The position numbers were made by a program, and so were the translations under genes. The notes below the pieces were generated by a model. That model ran no database searches. It was not told the DNA's origin and was given only the letters and a program-made list of their open reading frames with translations. From Candidatus Eiseniibacteriota bacterium (GTDB lineage Bacteria; Eisenbacteria; RBG-16-71-46), in assembly GCA_038231135.1 (NCBI GenBank), contig JBBRLX010000010.1, forward strand, positions 32,001 through 96,000: 64,000 nucleotides of DNA, given 5' to 3'. This document shows positions 8,992 through 19,457 of the stretch, piece by piece (within the stretch, counting starts at the first letter, position 1; each line of letters opens with the position of its first letter).

Positions 8992-10140
8992 ATGGCGCTC
9001 GATCCAGGTTCCGCCGTCGTCGCGAGTGGCAAGCGGCGCAAGCCCGTCCGCTACGCCGTCGTGGGTCTCGGCTACATCGCGCAGGAGGCGGTGATCCCGG
9101 CGTTCGACCGCGCGAAGAATTCGCGGCTCGCGGCGCTGGTCTCGGACGATCCGGTCAAGCTCGCCGAGCTCGGCAACCGCCACCAGATCGCGTACACGTG
9201 GTCCTACGCCGAGTACGACGCCTGCCTGGCGAGCGGCGAGATCGACGCGGTCTACATCGCGCTGCCGAATCACCTGCACCACGAGTACGCGGTGCGCGCG
9301 GCCGAGGCCGGCATCCACGTGCTGTGCGAGAAGCCGATGGCGCTCACGGAGCTCGATTGCGAGAGCATGATCCGCGCGGCCGAAATGGGGAACGCGCGGT
9401 TGATGGTGGGCTACCGGCTGCACTTCCAGCCTGCGAACCTCCAGGCCATCGAGATCATACGGTCGGGGAAGATCGGCAGCCCGCGCATCGTCACCTCGGC
9501 GTTCGCGATGCAGGTGCAGATGAAGGACGGCGACATCCGGTTGCGCCGCGAGACGGGCGGAGGTTCGCTGTGGGACCTCGGCGTCTATTGCGTCAACGCG
9601 TCACGCTACCTGTTCGAGTCCGAGCCCATCGAAGTCACCGCGTTCCGCGCCGACGGCGGCGATCCGCGATTCCGCGAAGTGGACGAAGCGGTGGGCGCCA
9701 CGCTCAAGTTCCCGGGGGGCCGGCTCGCGACCTTCGTGTCGAGCTTTGGCGCATCGGGCGTGTCGCATTACGAAGTCGTCGGCACCCGGGGCTCGCTGCG
9801 CGTCGAGAACGCCTACGACTACGGCAAGCCCGGCCGCCACGTGCTGACGGTCGACGGTCACGAGCAACGGCAGACATTCCGCCGCACCGATCAGTTCGCC
9901 GCCGAGATCCAGTACTTCTCGAACTGCGTCCTGACCGGCGCCACCCCCGAACCGGGCGGGATCGAAGGATTGATCGATGTGAGCATCGTCCGCGCGCTCT
10001 ACCGCTCCGCCGAAACCGGCCGCTCGGTGGTGTACGAGGGCCCGCGTCGCAACCGGCGTCCGGGAGAGGATCAGCAGATCGAGACGGCGGCGCCGGGGCG
10101 CGAGCAGGAGCTGGTGAACACGTCCGCGCCATCGCGGTGA
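8992..10140 (+). CDS. Gfo/Idh/MocA family oxidoreductase (glucose-fructose oxidoreductase-like)
   Basis: YAVVGLGYIA Rossmann motif, DAVYIALPNHLH, HVLCEKPMA, GGSLWDLGVY; AGGAGG RBS before the ATG at 8992. Confidence 0.9.
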   Translation: MALDPGSAVVASGKRRKPVRYAVVGLGYIAQEAVIPAFDRAKNSRLAALVSDDPVKLAELGNRHQIAYTWSYAEYDACLASGEIDAVYIALPNHLHHEYAVRAAEAGIHVLCEKPMALTELDCESMIRAAEMGNARLMVGYRLHFQPANLQAIEIIRSGKIGSPRIVTSAFAMQVQMKDGDIRLRRETGGGSLWDLGVYCVNASRYLFESEPIEVTAFRADGGDPRFREVDEAVGATLKFPGGRLATFVSSFGASGVSHYEVVGTRGSLRVENAYDYGKPGRHVLTVDGHEQRQTFRRTDQFAAEIQYFSNCVLTGATPEPGGIEGLIDVSIVRALYRSAETGRSVVYEGPRRNRRPGEDQQIETAAPGREQELVNTSAPSR

Positions 10141-10144
10141 GGCG

Positions 10145-11854
10145 TCAGGGCACGACGAGGCTCCCCACGCTTGTCGGATCGCGGAAGTCGTCGTGAAACC
10201 ACCCGGCGACGCGCGCTCGCGGTGGCAAGCCCAGAGCCGGCGCGTCGCCCGGACCGCGGGCGGGATACAGCCGCTCGAATTGGGCGCGGGTCGACCACAC
10301 CGCGGGCAGCCCGGTCCGCCACGCCACGAAATCCGGCGTGTCCGAGAACACCAGCCGCGGGGGACCGGGCGCGCCGGGCGTTGACGGCAATGCGCGGGCG
10401 AGTTCCACGCGCTCGGCCGCGATCCGCGTCGCCAGCACCTGCGCCTCGTCGGCCGCGCCCTTGAGCGCGGGGAGCGCCGACGGCAGCACGAGCAGCACCA
10501 GCATTCCGATCCACGCCCGCGGACGGTCGGCCCAGGGCGGCAGCGCCCGCACCACGACGCGCGCACCCACCGCGGCGCCAAGCGCATAGAGCGTGGCGAA
10601 CGGCACCAGGTACAGCCGCTGGTGGGAGGTGAGTGTCATCGACGCCACCGGAATGAGCGCGAGGCAGCATGCGGCGGCCGCGAGGCGGCGCGTGGCGTAG
10701 GGGTCCGCGCCGGCGGCGCCCATGCGGCGGGCGTTCCACGCCCCCGCCAGTCCCGCGGGCACCAGCCAGCCGGTGGCGCCGGTCGGCTCGAACAGCGCGT
10801 TCTTCACCGCATGCGGGGCGAACGCAAACCATTTCCCCGCCATGTGCGGCAGCTCCGCGCGCAGGACCGCCGGCCAGCGCGCGGGCGTAAGCGTGAAGTC
10901 CTGCATCACCGACACGTCGGGGCGCGCGCCCCAGAATCCGACCAGCGTGAAGGACGTGAGGTTGAAGAACGGGGATCCGACCACGAGCGCGTGATGGATC
11001 CACCACGGCAGCATGACCAGCGCGACCGCGCCGGCGAGCGCGAGCGGCGCGCGCCAGCCGATGCCGGCGCCGGACGTGCGGGACAGGCCCGCGCCGGATC
11101 CGGATGCGGCCCGGCCGGCGCGCGCCGCGCTCCACGCCAGCGCCATCAGCACGGGCAGCGCCACCAGCATCTCGGGGCGCACCAGGCAGCCCACGCCGGC
11201 CACGAGGCCCGCCGCCGCCGCGCGCGGCCGCGGGCGCGCAAGTAGATCCAGCGTCCAGGTGACGAGTGCCGCGCCCAGGATCACCGAGCCGCTGTGATGC
11301 ACGGCCTCGAGCGTGGTGGGCGCGAGCGTGAACAGCAAACCGGCCGCGGCTCCGACCGGCGGCCCGAAGTGCCGCGCGCCGAGCCGGAACAGCGGGATCA
11401 GCGCCAGCACTGCGGCGAGCGCGGCCGCGGGCGCCACCGACTCGATCGGCCCGGGCCCGAGTAGGGCGAGCGCGGGCACGGTGAGCAGCGGCAGCAGCGG
11501 CCCGTGCACGAGCACCGGCACGGTCAGCGTCGCCGGATCGTGAAGGCCCCAAAGCGGCGGATAGATCAGTGGGCTGCGGAAGCCGCCGCCGGCGAGCAGC
11601 GTGCGGGCGATCAGGTGGTCCTCCCAGTGATCGTCCGCGGGATGCGGCACGCCCGAGCGCAGCACCGCGAGGTCGAGCGTCCACCACAGCGCGGCGAACA
11701 GCAGCAGCGCGAGACACCAGCGCGAGCCGAGCGCCCGCGACTCCGCGACAGACGTCGCGGCGCCCGTGCGCGGCCGCTCGTCGGGCGGCGCCGCTTCACC
11801 CGGCCGGCGCGTGCCGGGGCTCGCCGCGCCGGGCGCGGTGTCCGATTCGAACAT
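10145..11854 (-). CDS. Polytopic membrane protein, GT-C/ArnT-like glycosyltransferase
   Basis: First TM helix followed by acidic loop PADDHWED, HGPLLP, LVRPE motif, many TM segments and a soluble C-terminal domain. Confidence 0.6.
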   Translation of the reverse strand: MFESDTAPGAASPGTRRPGEAAPPDERPRTGAATSVAESRALGSRWCLALLLFAALWWTLDLAVLRSGVPHPADDHWEDHLIARTLLAGGGFRSPLIYPPLWGLHDPATLTVPVLVHGPLLPLLTVPALALLGPGPIESVAPAAALAAVLALIPLFRLGARHFGPPVGAAAGLLFTLAPTTLEAVHHSGSVILGAALVTWTLDLLARPRPRAAAAGLVAGVGCLVRPEMLVALPVLMALAWSAARAGRAASGSGAGLSRTSGAGIGWRAPLALAGAVALVMLPWWIHHALVVGSPFFNLTSFTLVGFWGARPDVSVMQDFTLTPARWPAVLRAELPHMAGKWFAFAPHAVKNALFEPTGATGWLVPAGLAGAWNARRMGAAGADPYATRRLAAAACCLALIPVASMTLTSHQRLYLVPFATLYALGAAVGARVVVRALPPWADRPRAWIGMLVLLVLPSALPALKGAADEAQVLATRIAAERVELARALPSTPGAPGPPRLVFSDTPDFVAWRTGLPAVWSTRAQFERLYPARGPGDAPALGLPPRARVAGWFHDDFRDPTSVGSLVVP

Positions 11855-11952
11855 GGGGCGGGACTGTTCCAGACGACCCCGGTCGTGTCAACGCCGGGGA
11901 CGCCTCGCGGCGCCGTGCTATAGTCCCGCGTCCTCATGACGAGCGCACACCC

Positions 11953-13218
11953 GTGAATCTCGATTGGCGCCGACTCAAGGCGGTGGTGTTCGAGAGCGAT
12001 GACTGGGGACTGTGCGCCTGGTCCGCCGACGAGCAGGCGCTGCGCGTGCTGTCCGACACGCCTGCCTTCCGCAGTCCCGCGGGCCGGCGCTACGCCGGAT
12101 CCACGCTCGAGAGCGCGGCCGACGTGCGCGCGCTGGCGGCCACGATCGGCGAATTCCGCGGCAGCGACGGCTTCCCGCCGGTGTGGCAGGCGAACATGAT
12201 CGTGGCGGCCCCGGACTACGAGCACCTGCGCGCGCCGATGTTCGACTGCCCGTCGGTGCCGCTGCTCGACTATCCGAACGTCCCGTCACGCTGGCGCCGG
12301 CCGGGCGCCTGGGAGGCGGTGAGCGAAGCGTGCGCGGACGGCATATGGTGGCCCGAGTTGCACGGGCTGCATCACCTCCCCGAGACCGCGTGGCTGACGG
12401 CGCTGCGGCGCGGCATCGCCGACGCGCGCCGCGCCCACGAGCAGCAGAGCCCGGTGTGCGAGCCGGTGGAGGCCAGCGGCGAATACGATGCGTCCGAGCC
12501 GGCCGCGGACCGTACCCGGCGCATGGAGTTCGCGGTGGCGCGGTTCACGACGCTGGTCGGGCGCTCCCCGTCGTCGTGGTGCCCGCCCGACTACCGCTGG
12601 GACGACCGCGCCGAGGCCGACGCCACGCGCCTCGGCATGCGAATTCTACAGGGGCGCGGCGAACACCACGGCCAGCGCTTCCCGCGGTTCCGGCGGCTGC
12701 TGCTGCGCCAGCGCTGGCCGGGCGACTGGACCGCGCGGCTCGACATGCCGCCGCGCATCGCGTTCGAGCCGCGCACGCCCGACGGCGGTGCCAGGAGCGC
12801 GCACGCGGAGACGACCCAGCGGGCCGCGCGCGACGCCTGGCAGCGCGGCCAGCCCGCCGTCGTGAGCACGCACCGCGTGAACTACGCCCATCTCGATCCC
12901 GCGTGGTCCGAGGCGGGCCGCGCCCAGCTCCGCGAACTGCTGCACCGGCTCGCCGGCGACGGCGCGGTGTTCCTCACCGACCGCGAGGTGCAGCAGTTGC
13001 TCGAGCGCAGCTGGTCGCTGCGCGAGATCGGAGCGCGCGCTGTGCTGGTGCGCTACTACGGGGTGCCGCGCGAGCCGATCCGGTTCGCGGCGCCCGCGAC
13101 GGCGACGCGGGTGTCGATCCGCGAGGGCCGCGGCCCGGAGGACGTCAGCGTGGTGCTCGAAGCCGGCGAAGTGACGGCACGGCTCCACGTCGGCGAATAT
13201 CTGCTGGAATGGCAGTGA
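11953..13218 (+). CDS. Polysaccharide deacetylase-like (NodB-type barrel) protein
   Basis: FESDDWG (TFDDG-like), ELHGLHH, CPPDY and STHRVNY motifs; GTG start, TATAGT upstream at 11919-11924. Confidence 0.55.
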   Translation: MNLDWRRLKAVVFESDDWGLCAWSADEQALRVLSDTPAFRSPAGRRYAGSTLESAADVRALAATIGEFRGSDGFPPVWQANMIVAAPDYEHLRAPMFDCPSVPLLDYPNVPSRWRRPGAWEAVSEACADGIWWPELHGLHHLPETAWLTALRRGIADARRAHEQQSPVCEPVEASGEYDASEPAADRTRRMEFAVARFTTLVGRSPSSWCPPDYRWDDRAEADATRLGMRILQGRGEHHGQRFPRFRRLLLRQRWPGDWTARLDMPPRIAFEPRTPDGGARSAHAETTQRAARDAWQRGQPAVVSTHRVNYAHLDPAWSEAGRAQLRELLHRLAGDGAVFLTDREVQQLLERSWSLREIGARAVLVRYYGVPREPIRFAAPATATRVSIREGRGPEDVSVVLEAGEVTARLHVGEYLLEWQ

Positions 13219-13952
13219 CGGCGGTGGGACCGCTCGATCGCATCCGCGCCGTCCGCGCGACGCGGTGGTCGTTCTGGAAGTTCAACTGGATCATCTATTC
13301 CAAGATGATCGCGGCGCTCGAGCGCGCCAGCGTGCACGCCACGGGCCGCCTGCTCGATGTCGGCTGCGGCGACCGGCCGTTCGAGGACCTGTTCGCGGAG
13401 CGCGTCACGAGCTACTTGGGCACCGATCTGCGCGCCTCGGGCTACCTCGGCGCGCGGCGTCCCGACGTGTTCTCGCGCTCGGAGGCGCTGCCGTTCCGGG
13501 CCGGCGCGTTCGACACCGTGCTCGGGCTGTCGATGCTCACCTACCTCCCCGAGCCCGGCGCGATGCTCGCCGAGGCGAACCGCGTGCTGGTGCCGGGTGG
13601 CGCGCTGCTGCTCGAGTTCACGCAGATGGTGCCGCTCCACGACGAACCGTGGGACTTCTTCCGGTTCACGCGCTATGGCGCGCGCTACCTGCTCGAGCGC
13701 GCGGGGTTCGAGGTGGTCGAGGTGCTGCCGGTCGGCGGACTGTGGACGCGAGTGGGAATGAGCACGATCGCGGGGCTCAACCGCATGAACCGCGGGCCCA
13801 CGCGGGTGCTCACCGAGCTGCCGGTGCGGCTGCTCTACTGCGTGGTGCAGCTCGGCTGCGAGCTGCTCGACCGGCTGTGGTTCGACCCGCGCGAGGTGGT
13901 CGGGCACCTGGTGGTGGCCCGCAAGGCGCGGGCGCTGCCGGACGCGGAGTGA
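13215..13952 (+). CDS. Class I SAM-dependent methyltransferase
   Basis: LLDVGCG, LPFRAGAFDTV, RVLVPGG, HDEPWDFFRFT; GTGA overlap with the upstream gene. Confidence 0.88.
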   Translation: MTAVGPLDRIRAVRATRWSFWKFNWIIYSKMIAALERASVHATGRLLDVGCGDRPFEDLFAERVTSYLGTDLRASGYLGARRPDVFSRSEALPFRAGAFDTVLGLSMLTYLPEPGAMLAEANRVLVPGGALLLEFTQMVPLHDEPWDFFRFTRYGARYLLERAGFEVVEVLPVGGLWTRVGMSTIAGLNRMNRGPTRVLTELPVRLLYCVVQLGCELLDRLWFDPREVVGHLVVARKARALPDAE

Positions 13953-15736
13953 CGGCCGACCGCATGCGAGCGAGCGTGTTCGTCGTGCCTGCCTACCTGC
14001 TCGCGACGCTCGCGATCACCTGGCCTGTGGCGCGCGAGTTCGCGACCGCGCTGCCCGCGGTGTTCAACGCGGTCGACCCGTTGCTCCAGGCGTTCATCCT
14101 GGGCTGGGACCGTCACGCGTTCGCGACCGGCATCCTGCATATCTTCGACGCGCCGATCTTCCATCCCGAGTTGGGGACGCTCGCGTACATGGATCATCTG
14201 ATGGGGGAGGCGCTGGTGTCGGCGCCGGTGGCCGCCGTCACCGGCAGCGCCGCGGCGGCGTACAACGCAGCGCTGCTGGCGGCGTTCGTGACGAGCGGCT
14301 GGGCCAGTTACCGGCTCGCGCGCGCGCTGGGCGCGTCGCGCGCCGCCGCGTTCGTGGCCGGGCTGCTGTACCTCGTGGCGCCCTACCGGTTGTCCAATCT
14401 CGGCAACCTGAACCAGCTCCACACCGAATTCGTGCCGGTCACGCTGCTGTTCGCGCTGCGGTTCGCGGCGCGCGGCCGCACCCGCGACCTGGCGTGGCTG
14501 TTCGGCGCGCTGGTGCTGCAGTCCTACTTTGGATGGTATTCGGCGTTCCACGTCGCGGTGGCGCTCGCGATCACGCTCGCGTGCGCGCGCGTGTTCCGCT
14601 GGCCCGCGGCGGATCCGCTGCCGTGGCGAAGGATCGCGGTGGGCAGCGCGCTCGCACTGGTGGCCATGCTGCCGGGTGCGCTGCCCTACTGGCTGCAGCA
14701 CGTGCGCATGCCGGGGTTCCATCGCACGCTCGGCAAGGCGGTGCTGTATTCGGCCGACCTCGTGGACTACGTGCGCGTGAACCGCGAGAACGTGCTGGCG
14801 CGGACGCTCCACCTGCCGCGCGGCGATCTGGCGTGCGCGCTGGGCCTGCCGGCGCTCGCGCTCGTGGTCGCGCAGCTGTGGCCGCGCCGTGAGCCGCCGG
14901 AGCGCGAACCGCTCGGACTGCGGCGCTTTTGGACGTGGCTGGCGTGGATCGCCGCGGCGGGATTCGTGCTGTCGCTGGGCCCGATCCTCAACGTCGCCGG
15001 CCACCACCTGCGGTTTCCGCTGCCGTACGCGGTGCTGTATTTCACGGTGCCCGGATTCTCCGGCATGCGGGCGCCGGAGCGATTCACCGAGCTGGTGCTG
15101 CTCGCGGCGGTGATCGCGGCGGCGTTCGGCTATGACCGGCTGCGGGCAGGACTGGCGGGGACTGCGCGGGGCGCCGCGCGGGCCGCGCTGTTCGCCGGCA
15201 CGATCGCGCTGGCGATCGCCGGCGCCTGGTCCGCGCCGATCCCGATGGTGGTCTATCCCACCCGCGCGTCGATGCCCGCCGCGTACGAGTTCCTCGCCCG
15301 CCAGCCGGGCCGGTTCGCGATCCTCGAACTGCCGATGCCGGCGCGCGAAGCCGACGAAACCGACCGCGACGTGGTGCGCCAGATCTGGGGGCTCTATCAC
15401 GGCAAGCCGCGCGCCGACGGCGTGAGCGGGTTCTCGTCGCCCGCCCAGGAGAGCTTTCGTGCGCTGATGCGCAGCTTCCCCGATCCCATCACGGTGAGCG
15501 CGATCGTCGAGCGCGACGTTCGCTATGTGGTCGTGCGTTACGGCGAATACGAGCCCCAGGAGGCCGCGCGCATCCGCTACGAGATCGCCGGCGCCCGCGA
15601 ACTCACGCCGGTGTTCACGGCCGGCTCGGACGTGGTCTACCAGGTCACGAAGTCGGACCTGCAGGCGATCAACGGTATTCCTCACCGGGCCCGCGGCCGG
15701 GTGCGGGAGGCACGGTCGCAAGGTCCGGGTCCCTAG
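13949..15736 (+). CDS. Polytopic membrane protein, GT-C/YfhO-like glycosyltransferase
   Basis: TM1 followed by AVDPLLQ, FDAPIFHP, RAPERF, ILELP and GVSGF motifs typical of this membrane family. Start 13949 (GTG) or 13964 (ATG). Confidence 0.6.
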   Translation: MTADRMRASVFVVPAYLLATLAITWPVAREFATALPAVFNAVDPLLQAFILGWDRHAFATGILHIFDAPIFHPELGTLAYMDHLMGEALVSAPVAAVTGSAAAAYNAALLAAFVTSGWASYRLARALGASRAAAFVAGLLYLVAPYRLSNLGNLNQLHTEFVPVTLLFALRFAARGRTRDLAWLFGALVLQSYFGWYSAFHVAVALAITLACARVFRWPAADPLPWRRIAVGSALALVAMLPGALPYWLQHVRMPGFHRTLGKAVLYSADLVDYVRVNRENVLARTLHLPRGDLACALGLPALALVVAQLWPRREPPEREPLGLRRFWTWLAWIAAAGFVLSLGPILNVAGHHLRFPLPYAVLYFTVPGFSGMRAPERFTELVLLAAVIAAAFGYDRLRAGLAGTARGAARAALFAGTIALAIAGAWSAPIPMVVYPTRASMPAAYEFLARQPGRFAILELPMPAREADETDRDVVRQIWGLYHGKPRADGVSGFSSPAQESFRALMRSFPDPITVSAIVERDVRYVVVRYGEYEPQEAARIRYEIAGARELTPVFTAGSDVVYQVTKSDLQAINGIPHRARGRVREARSQGPGP

Positions 15737-15779
15737 CCGGGCTCCGGAGAGCGTGGAACGCCCCCGCGATCGCGGCAGG

Positions 15780-16175
15780 CTATGATTTGGGTCCCGGCGT
15801 CGGTTTGTCCTCGAACGTGTAGACGACCCCGCCGTCGCCGTCGATCCGGAGCTCGTGGTGCTGGACGACCGGGCCCTTCGTCACCCGCCCGCCGCTCCAA
15901 CTCGCCTCGCCGATCTTGTCGCTCCATTCCCAAACCAGCCGGAAGTCGCTGTCGTCGCGCACCGCGAATGGCCATGTCGTGCTGGCGCCGGGCGCGAGCG
16001 AATCCTTGACGAACGTCTGTCCGCCCACCGTGACCCGCAGCTTCGTGATGCCCGAGGTCGAGGTGTTCGTGACCTGCACGTCGTGCATGGGGACGTGAGT
16101 GAACAACTCAGGCCAGTGATGCCACGCGTACCACGCTGCGACCCCGAACAGCACGAGCAACACGAGACGTTTCAT
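15780..16175 (-). CDS. Small membrane-anchored or secreted hypothetical protein (beta-rich domain)
   Basis: MKRLVLLVLFGVAAWYAW anchor, GGAGGGAG RBS, Ser/Thr/Val-rich beta-strand pattern. Confidence 0.7.
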   Translation of the reverse strand: MKRLVLLVLFGVAAWYAWHHWPELFTHVPMHDVQVTNTSTSGITKLRVTVGGQTFVKDSLAPGASTTWPFAVRDDSDFRLVWEWSDKIGEASWSGGRVTKGPVVQHHELRIDGDGGVVYTFEDKPTPGPKS

Positions 16176-16343
16176 CGCTCCCTCCATGGAATCGGTGAGG
16201 CGGCGGGCACAGGATGCGCCGCATCGAGGACGCATACAAGGCCGAACGCGGGTGTGCGCGCCGCGTGCCGCCGCCACGCCGGACTGCCGGCGTCCGGACC
16301 GTTCGCTTCCTGGTCCCGCCCGGCGCCGGCGCCCGGCGGGCCG

Positions 16344-17639
16344 TCATTCGGTGAACGGCCCGTCGCCGAGACGTCCCTTCGACTCCTCCGACAGGCCCAC
16401 CGGCGCTTCGTCCGGCGGCCGGTGGCGCCGGAACATCAGATAGAAGTACGTCGTCGCGACGCCATACAGGCCGGCCGTCACGTAGAACGGCACCGCATAC
16501 CCGAATTGCTGGATCATCCAGCCGCTGAGGGTCGCGGACGACGCCCAGCCGGTGTTCCACACCAGGTTGTTGAGGCTGGTCGACCGCGCGCGCCGCGCCG
16601 CCGGCAGCATCTCCATTACGTACGCCTGCAGCAGCGGGCTCGACGCCTGCATCAGCGTGGCGCGCACGCAGAACGCCGCGACCGCCACGCCGAGCTGCTT
16701 CTCGGCGCCGAGCGTGACGAGGAACGGCAGCGACAGGAACTGCATCGCGGTCGCGGTGCCGAGCTTGCCGAACCGGCGCGCCAGCACCGGCGCGAGCATC
16801 GCGGCCGTCGCGGTGATGAGCTGGGCCAGCGCGAAGAACGATCCGATCTGGGCGCTCGAGCACTGGAACCGGGTCGCGAAGTACAGGTTCATGAACGGGA
16901 TCACGAGGCCGGCCCCGGCGCCGATCAGGAAGAAGTTCACGGCGATCGCCGCCAGCAGCCGGGTGTCACCACGGTCCCCCGGGGCGGCCATGGGCAGCGG
17001 CGCCGCGGCGCGCGGCTCGACGATCCGCGCGATCGGCAGCGCCGCCGTCGCGGCCAGTGCGGCGCCTGCGAACAGGGTGTAGCGGTAGGCGTGCAGCAGG
17101 TCGTGGGCGAGCGCCGCCGGCAGGTGGGTCAGCAGCTTGGGCAGCGCGCCCCCGAGGCTGCTGCCCACCACGGCGGCGATCAACTCGACCGCGAAGAAGC
17201 TGCTGAACAGATGGGTGCGCTCGCGCGCGGTGGAATGCTCGGACAGGAACGGCGCCGACGCGATCGCGAGCAGCGCCGTGCCCGCGCCGGTGGCAAAGCA
17301 CGCGACGCCGATCACCGCGGCCGACGGCGCGGCGGCGCGGACCACCATGCTCACGCCCTCGATGCAGGCGCCCGCCACCAGCGTGCGCCGCTTGCCACAG
17401 CGCTCGGCGAGGATGCCGGCGGGCAGCGCCATGATCGCGAGGCCGGCGCCGTTGAGCGACACCGCCTGCCCGACGAACGCCTCACGGTATCCGGCCTGGA
17501 CGAGATACAGGTTGAACAGCACCTGCGCCACGCCATGGCCGCCCCACGTGAACAGCGTCGACAGCAGGAACTGCTTCGCCGGGCGCGAGAACGCCCGCAC
17601 GGCGTCACGGTATTCGATCCATGCGGCTCGCAGCGGCAT
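16344..17639 (-). CDS. MFS transporter
   Basis: About 12 TM segments; motif A-like GILAERCGKRR and LARRFGK. Confidence 0.85.
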   Translation of the reverse strand: MPLRAAWIEYRDAVRAFSRPAKQFLLSTLFTWGGHGVAQVLFNLYLVQAGYREAFVGQAVSLNGAGLAIMALPAGILAERCGKRRTLVAGACIEGVSMVVRAAAPSAAVIGVACFATGAGTALLAIASAPFLSEHSTARERTHLFSSFFAVELIAAVVGSSLGGALPKLLTHLPAALAHDLLHAYRYTLFAGAALAATAALPIARIVEPRAAAPLPMAAPGDRGDTRLLAAIAVNFFLIGAGAGLVIPFMNLYFATRFQCSSAQIGSFFALAQLITATAAMLAPVLARRFGKLGTATAMQFLSLPFLVTLGAEKQLGVAVAAFCVRATLMQASSPLLQAYVMEMLPAARRARSTSLNNLVWNTGWASSATLSGWMIQQFGYAVPFYVTAGLYGVATTYFYLMFRRHRPPDEAPVGLSEESKGRLGDGPFTE

Positions 17640-17729
17640 GCGTCCTCACTCGTCGATGGGGAAAGTCGTCCACCACTGCCCGCACCCGATGGATAGTGGA
17701 CCGGGATCACGGGCGGCGGGCGTGTGGGC

Positions 17730-19325
17730 CTACCGCGACGCCGGATCAACCCGGTGTTCGCGCCGCGGCACCCACACGTACTCCGGGCGCGTACGCATGC
17801 CCGTCACGGGCCAGAACACCGTGGAGTCAGGAAACGCGTGGAGCGCGGGATCGTACGCCATCCGGATCGTGGTGCCGAGCCAGCTACGCGTGCTGAGCAC
17901 GACGATCGAATACGAGGTGTCCAGCACCGACTGCTCGAACTCGCGCCGCAGCCTGCGCTCAGTCTCGCCGGTCGCGGTCTCGAGCACGCCGATGAGTGCC
18001 ATCTCGTGAAAGTGATCCGGCTTGCCGGCCATGCGCACGAGATAGGGGTGCGAGGGAATCAATACGCGTCCCGGGATGGTCCGGAGCCGCTCCACGAACC
18101 GGTCGCCGGCGTCGCGGTCGGCGGCGGTCGGGATCTGGGCCCACGGGTCGTACACGAGCGCGACGAACTGGAGCGTGATCGCCACATACAGGGCCGTCGC
18201 GATCCGGCCCGGCATCCGCGTCCCGGCGTCCTGAATCCACAGCAGGCTCGCGTGGATTCCGAGGCCGGACAGGATCGCGACGGTGGCGTACGCCGGAATC
18301 AGCACGTTGTCGTATCCACCCGGGTACGAGCGGTGGAACCAGGAACTCAGCGACGCCCCCGCAAACATCGCCGCATAGAAGCCCCGGCCGGACGCTCGCG
18401 GCGGGGCGGGCGTGGATGTCGCGGTCGTGCGCGCGGCGGGCGCGGCCTCACTCCGGCCGGGCCGCGCGAAGTAGGCGGCGGCGATCGCGAGCGCCAGACC
18501 CAGCGGCAGCAGCATGTCCCGCGGCCAGAACGCGGCGAGCCGGCCGGGATCCATCGCGCGCTTGAGCGGGGCCGCGAACAGGAAGTAGCGGTACCAGCCC
18601 TGGTGGATCCGGTCGAGCACGAGCGTGACGCCGCCGATCCCGGCCGCCAGGGTCGCCACGAGCACGCCGCAGCGCGCGCGCGCGGTCCATGCGAGGTGGA
18701 GCACGACGGGGAACACGACCATCACCGCCGATTGCTTGGCGAGAAATGCCAGCGAGAACAGGATGCCCGCCAGCAACGGCGACCGTGTGCGCGAGCCGTC
18801 GAGCCGCAGCGCCGTGAACGCCGCGAGCAGCAGCAGCAGATAGAGCGAGTCGGCGCGAGCCACGTCGAACCAGGCGCCGCCGATCCGGTAGGACGCCGCC
18901 ATAAATCCGACCGCGAGCGCCACGGGCAACGCGCGCCGGGTCTCGCGCCACACGAGCGTTCCCGCCAGCGCGAACGCTCCCAGCGAGGCGATGAACGACG
19001 TAAGCCTCAGCGGGAAGAAGCCGCTGCCGACCAGCTTCGACGCCAGCGCCGTGACCCAGGGATAGAGCGGGGGGTAGTTGAATGCGACGTAGTCGAGCGT
19101 CGGCCGCGCGTAGAGCGGCAGGCCGTCCAGCACGCGCATCGTGGCCTGCAGGGATCCACCCTCGATCCACTCGAGCTCGAACGGGTAGCTCATCCGTGTG
19201 ACGGCGATCGCCAGGTAGCTGAGCACGTACAGGGCCGCCACCGTGACCAGCACTGCGGGCCACAGGCGTTGCGCCGGCACGGAACGCGGAGGGGAGGGCG
19301 AGGATCGCGGATTCGGGCGGGGCAT
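17730..19325 (-). CDS. Polytopic membrane protein, GT-C/ArnT-like glycosyltransferase
   Basis: YPFELEWIEG loop after TM1, YPPLY, ARADS, LAKQS motifs. Confidence 0.65.
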   Translation of the reverse strand: MPRPNPRSSPSPPRSVPAQRLWPAVLVTVAALYVLSYLAIAVTRMSYPFELEWIEGGSLQATMRVLDGLPLYARPTLDYVAFNYPPLYPWVTALASKLVGSGFFPLRLTSFIASLGAFALAGTLVWRETRRALPVALAVGFMAASYRIGGAWFDVARADSLYLLLLLAAFTALRLDGSRTRSPLLAGILFSLAFLAKQSAVMVVFPVVLHLAWTARARCGVLVATLAAGIGGVTLVLDRIHQGWYRYFLFAAPLKRAMDPGRLAAFWPRDMLLPLGLALAIAAAYFARPGRSEAAPAARTTATSTPAPPRASGRGFYAAMFAGASLSSWFHRSYPGGYDNVLIPAYATVAILSGLGIHASLLWIQDAGTRMPGRIATALYVAITLQFVALVYDPWAQIPTAADRDAGDRFVERLRTIPGRVLIPSHPYLVRMAGKPDHFHEMALIGVLETATGETERRLRREFEQSVLDTSYSIVVLSTRSWLGTTIRMAYDPALHAFPDSTVFWPVTGMRTRPEYVWVPRREHRVDPASR

Positions 19326-19457
19326 CGACTATACTTTCGGCGAAGAAATCACGACCCGCAAGGCGGCCGCCGCCGTGCCGTGTGGGTGCGCCCGTCGCAC
19401 CACGAGCCAATGGGGGATCGATCCATTGCTTGACGACTCCGCGACCGCCCGGATGCC

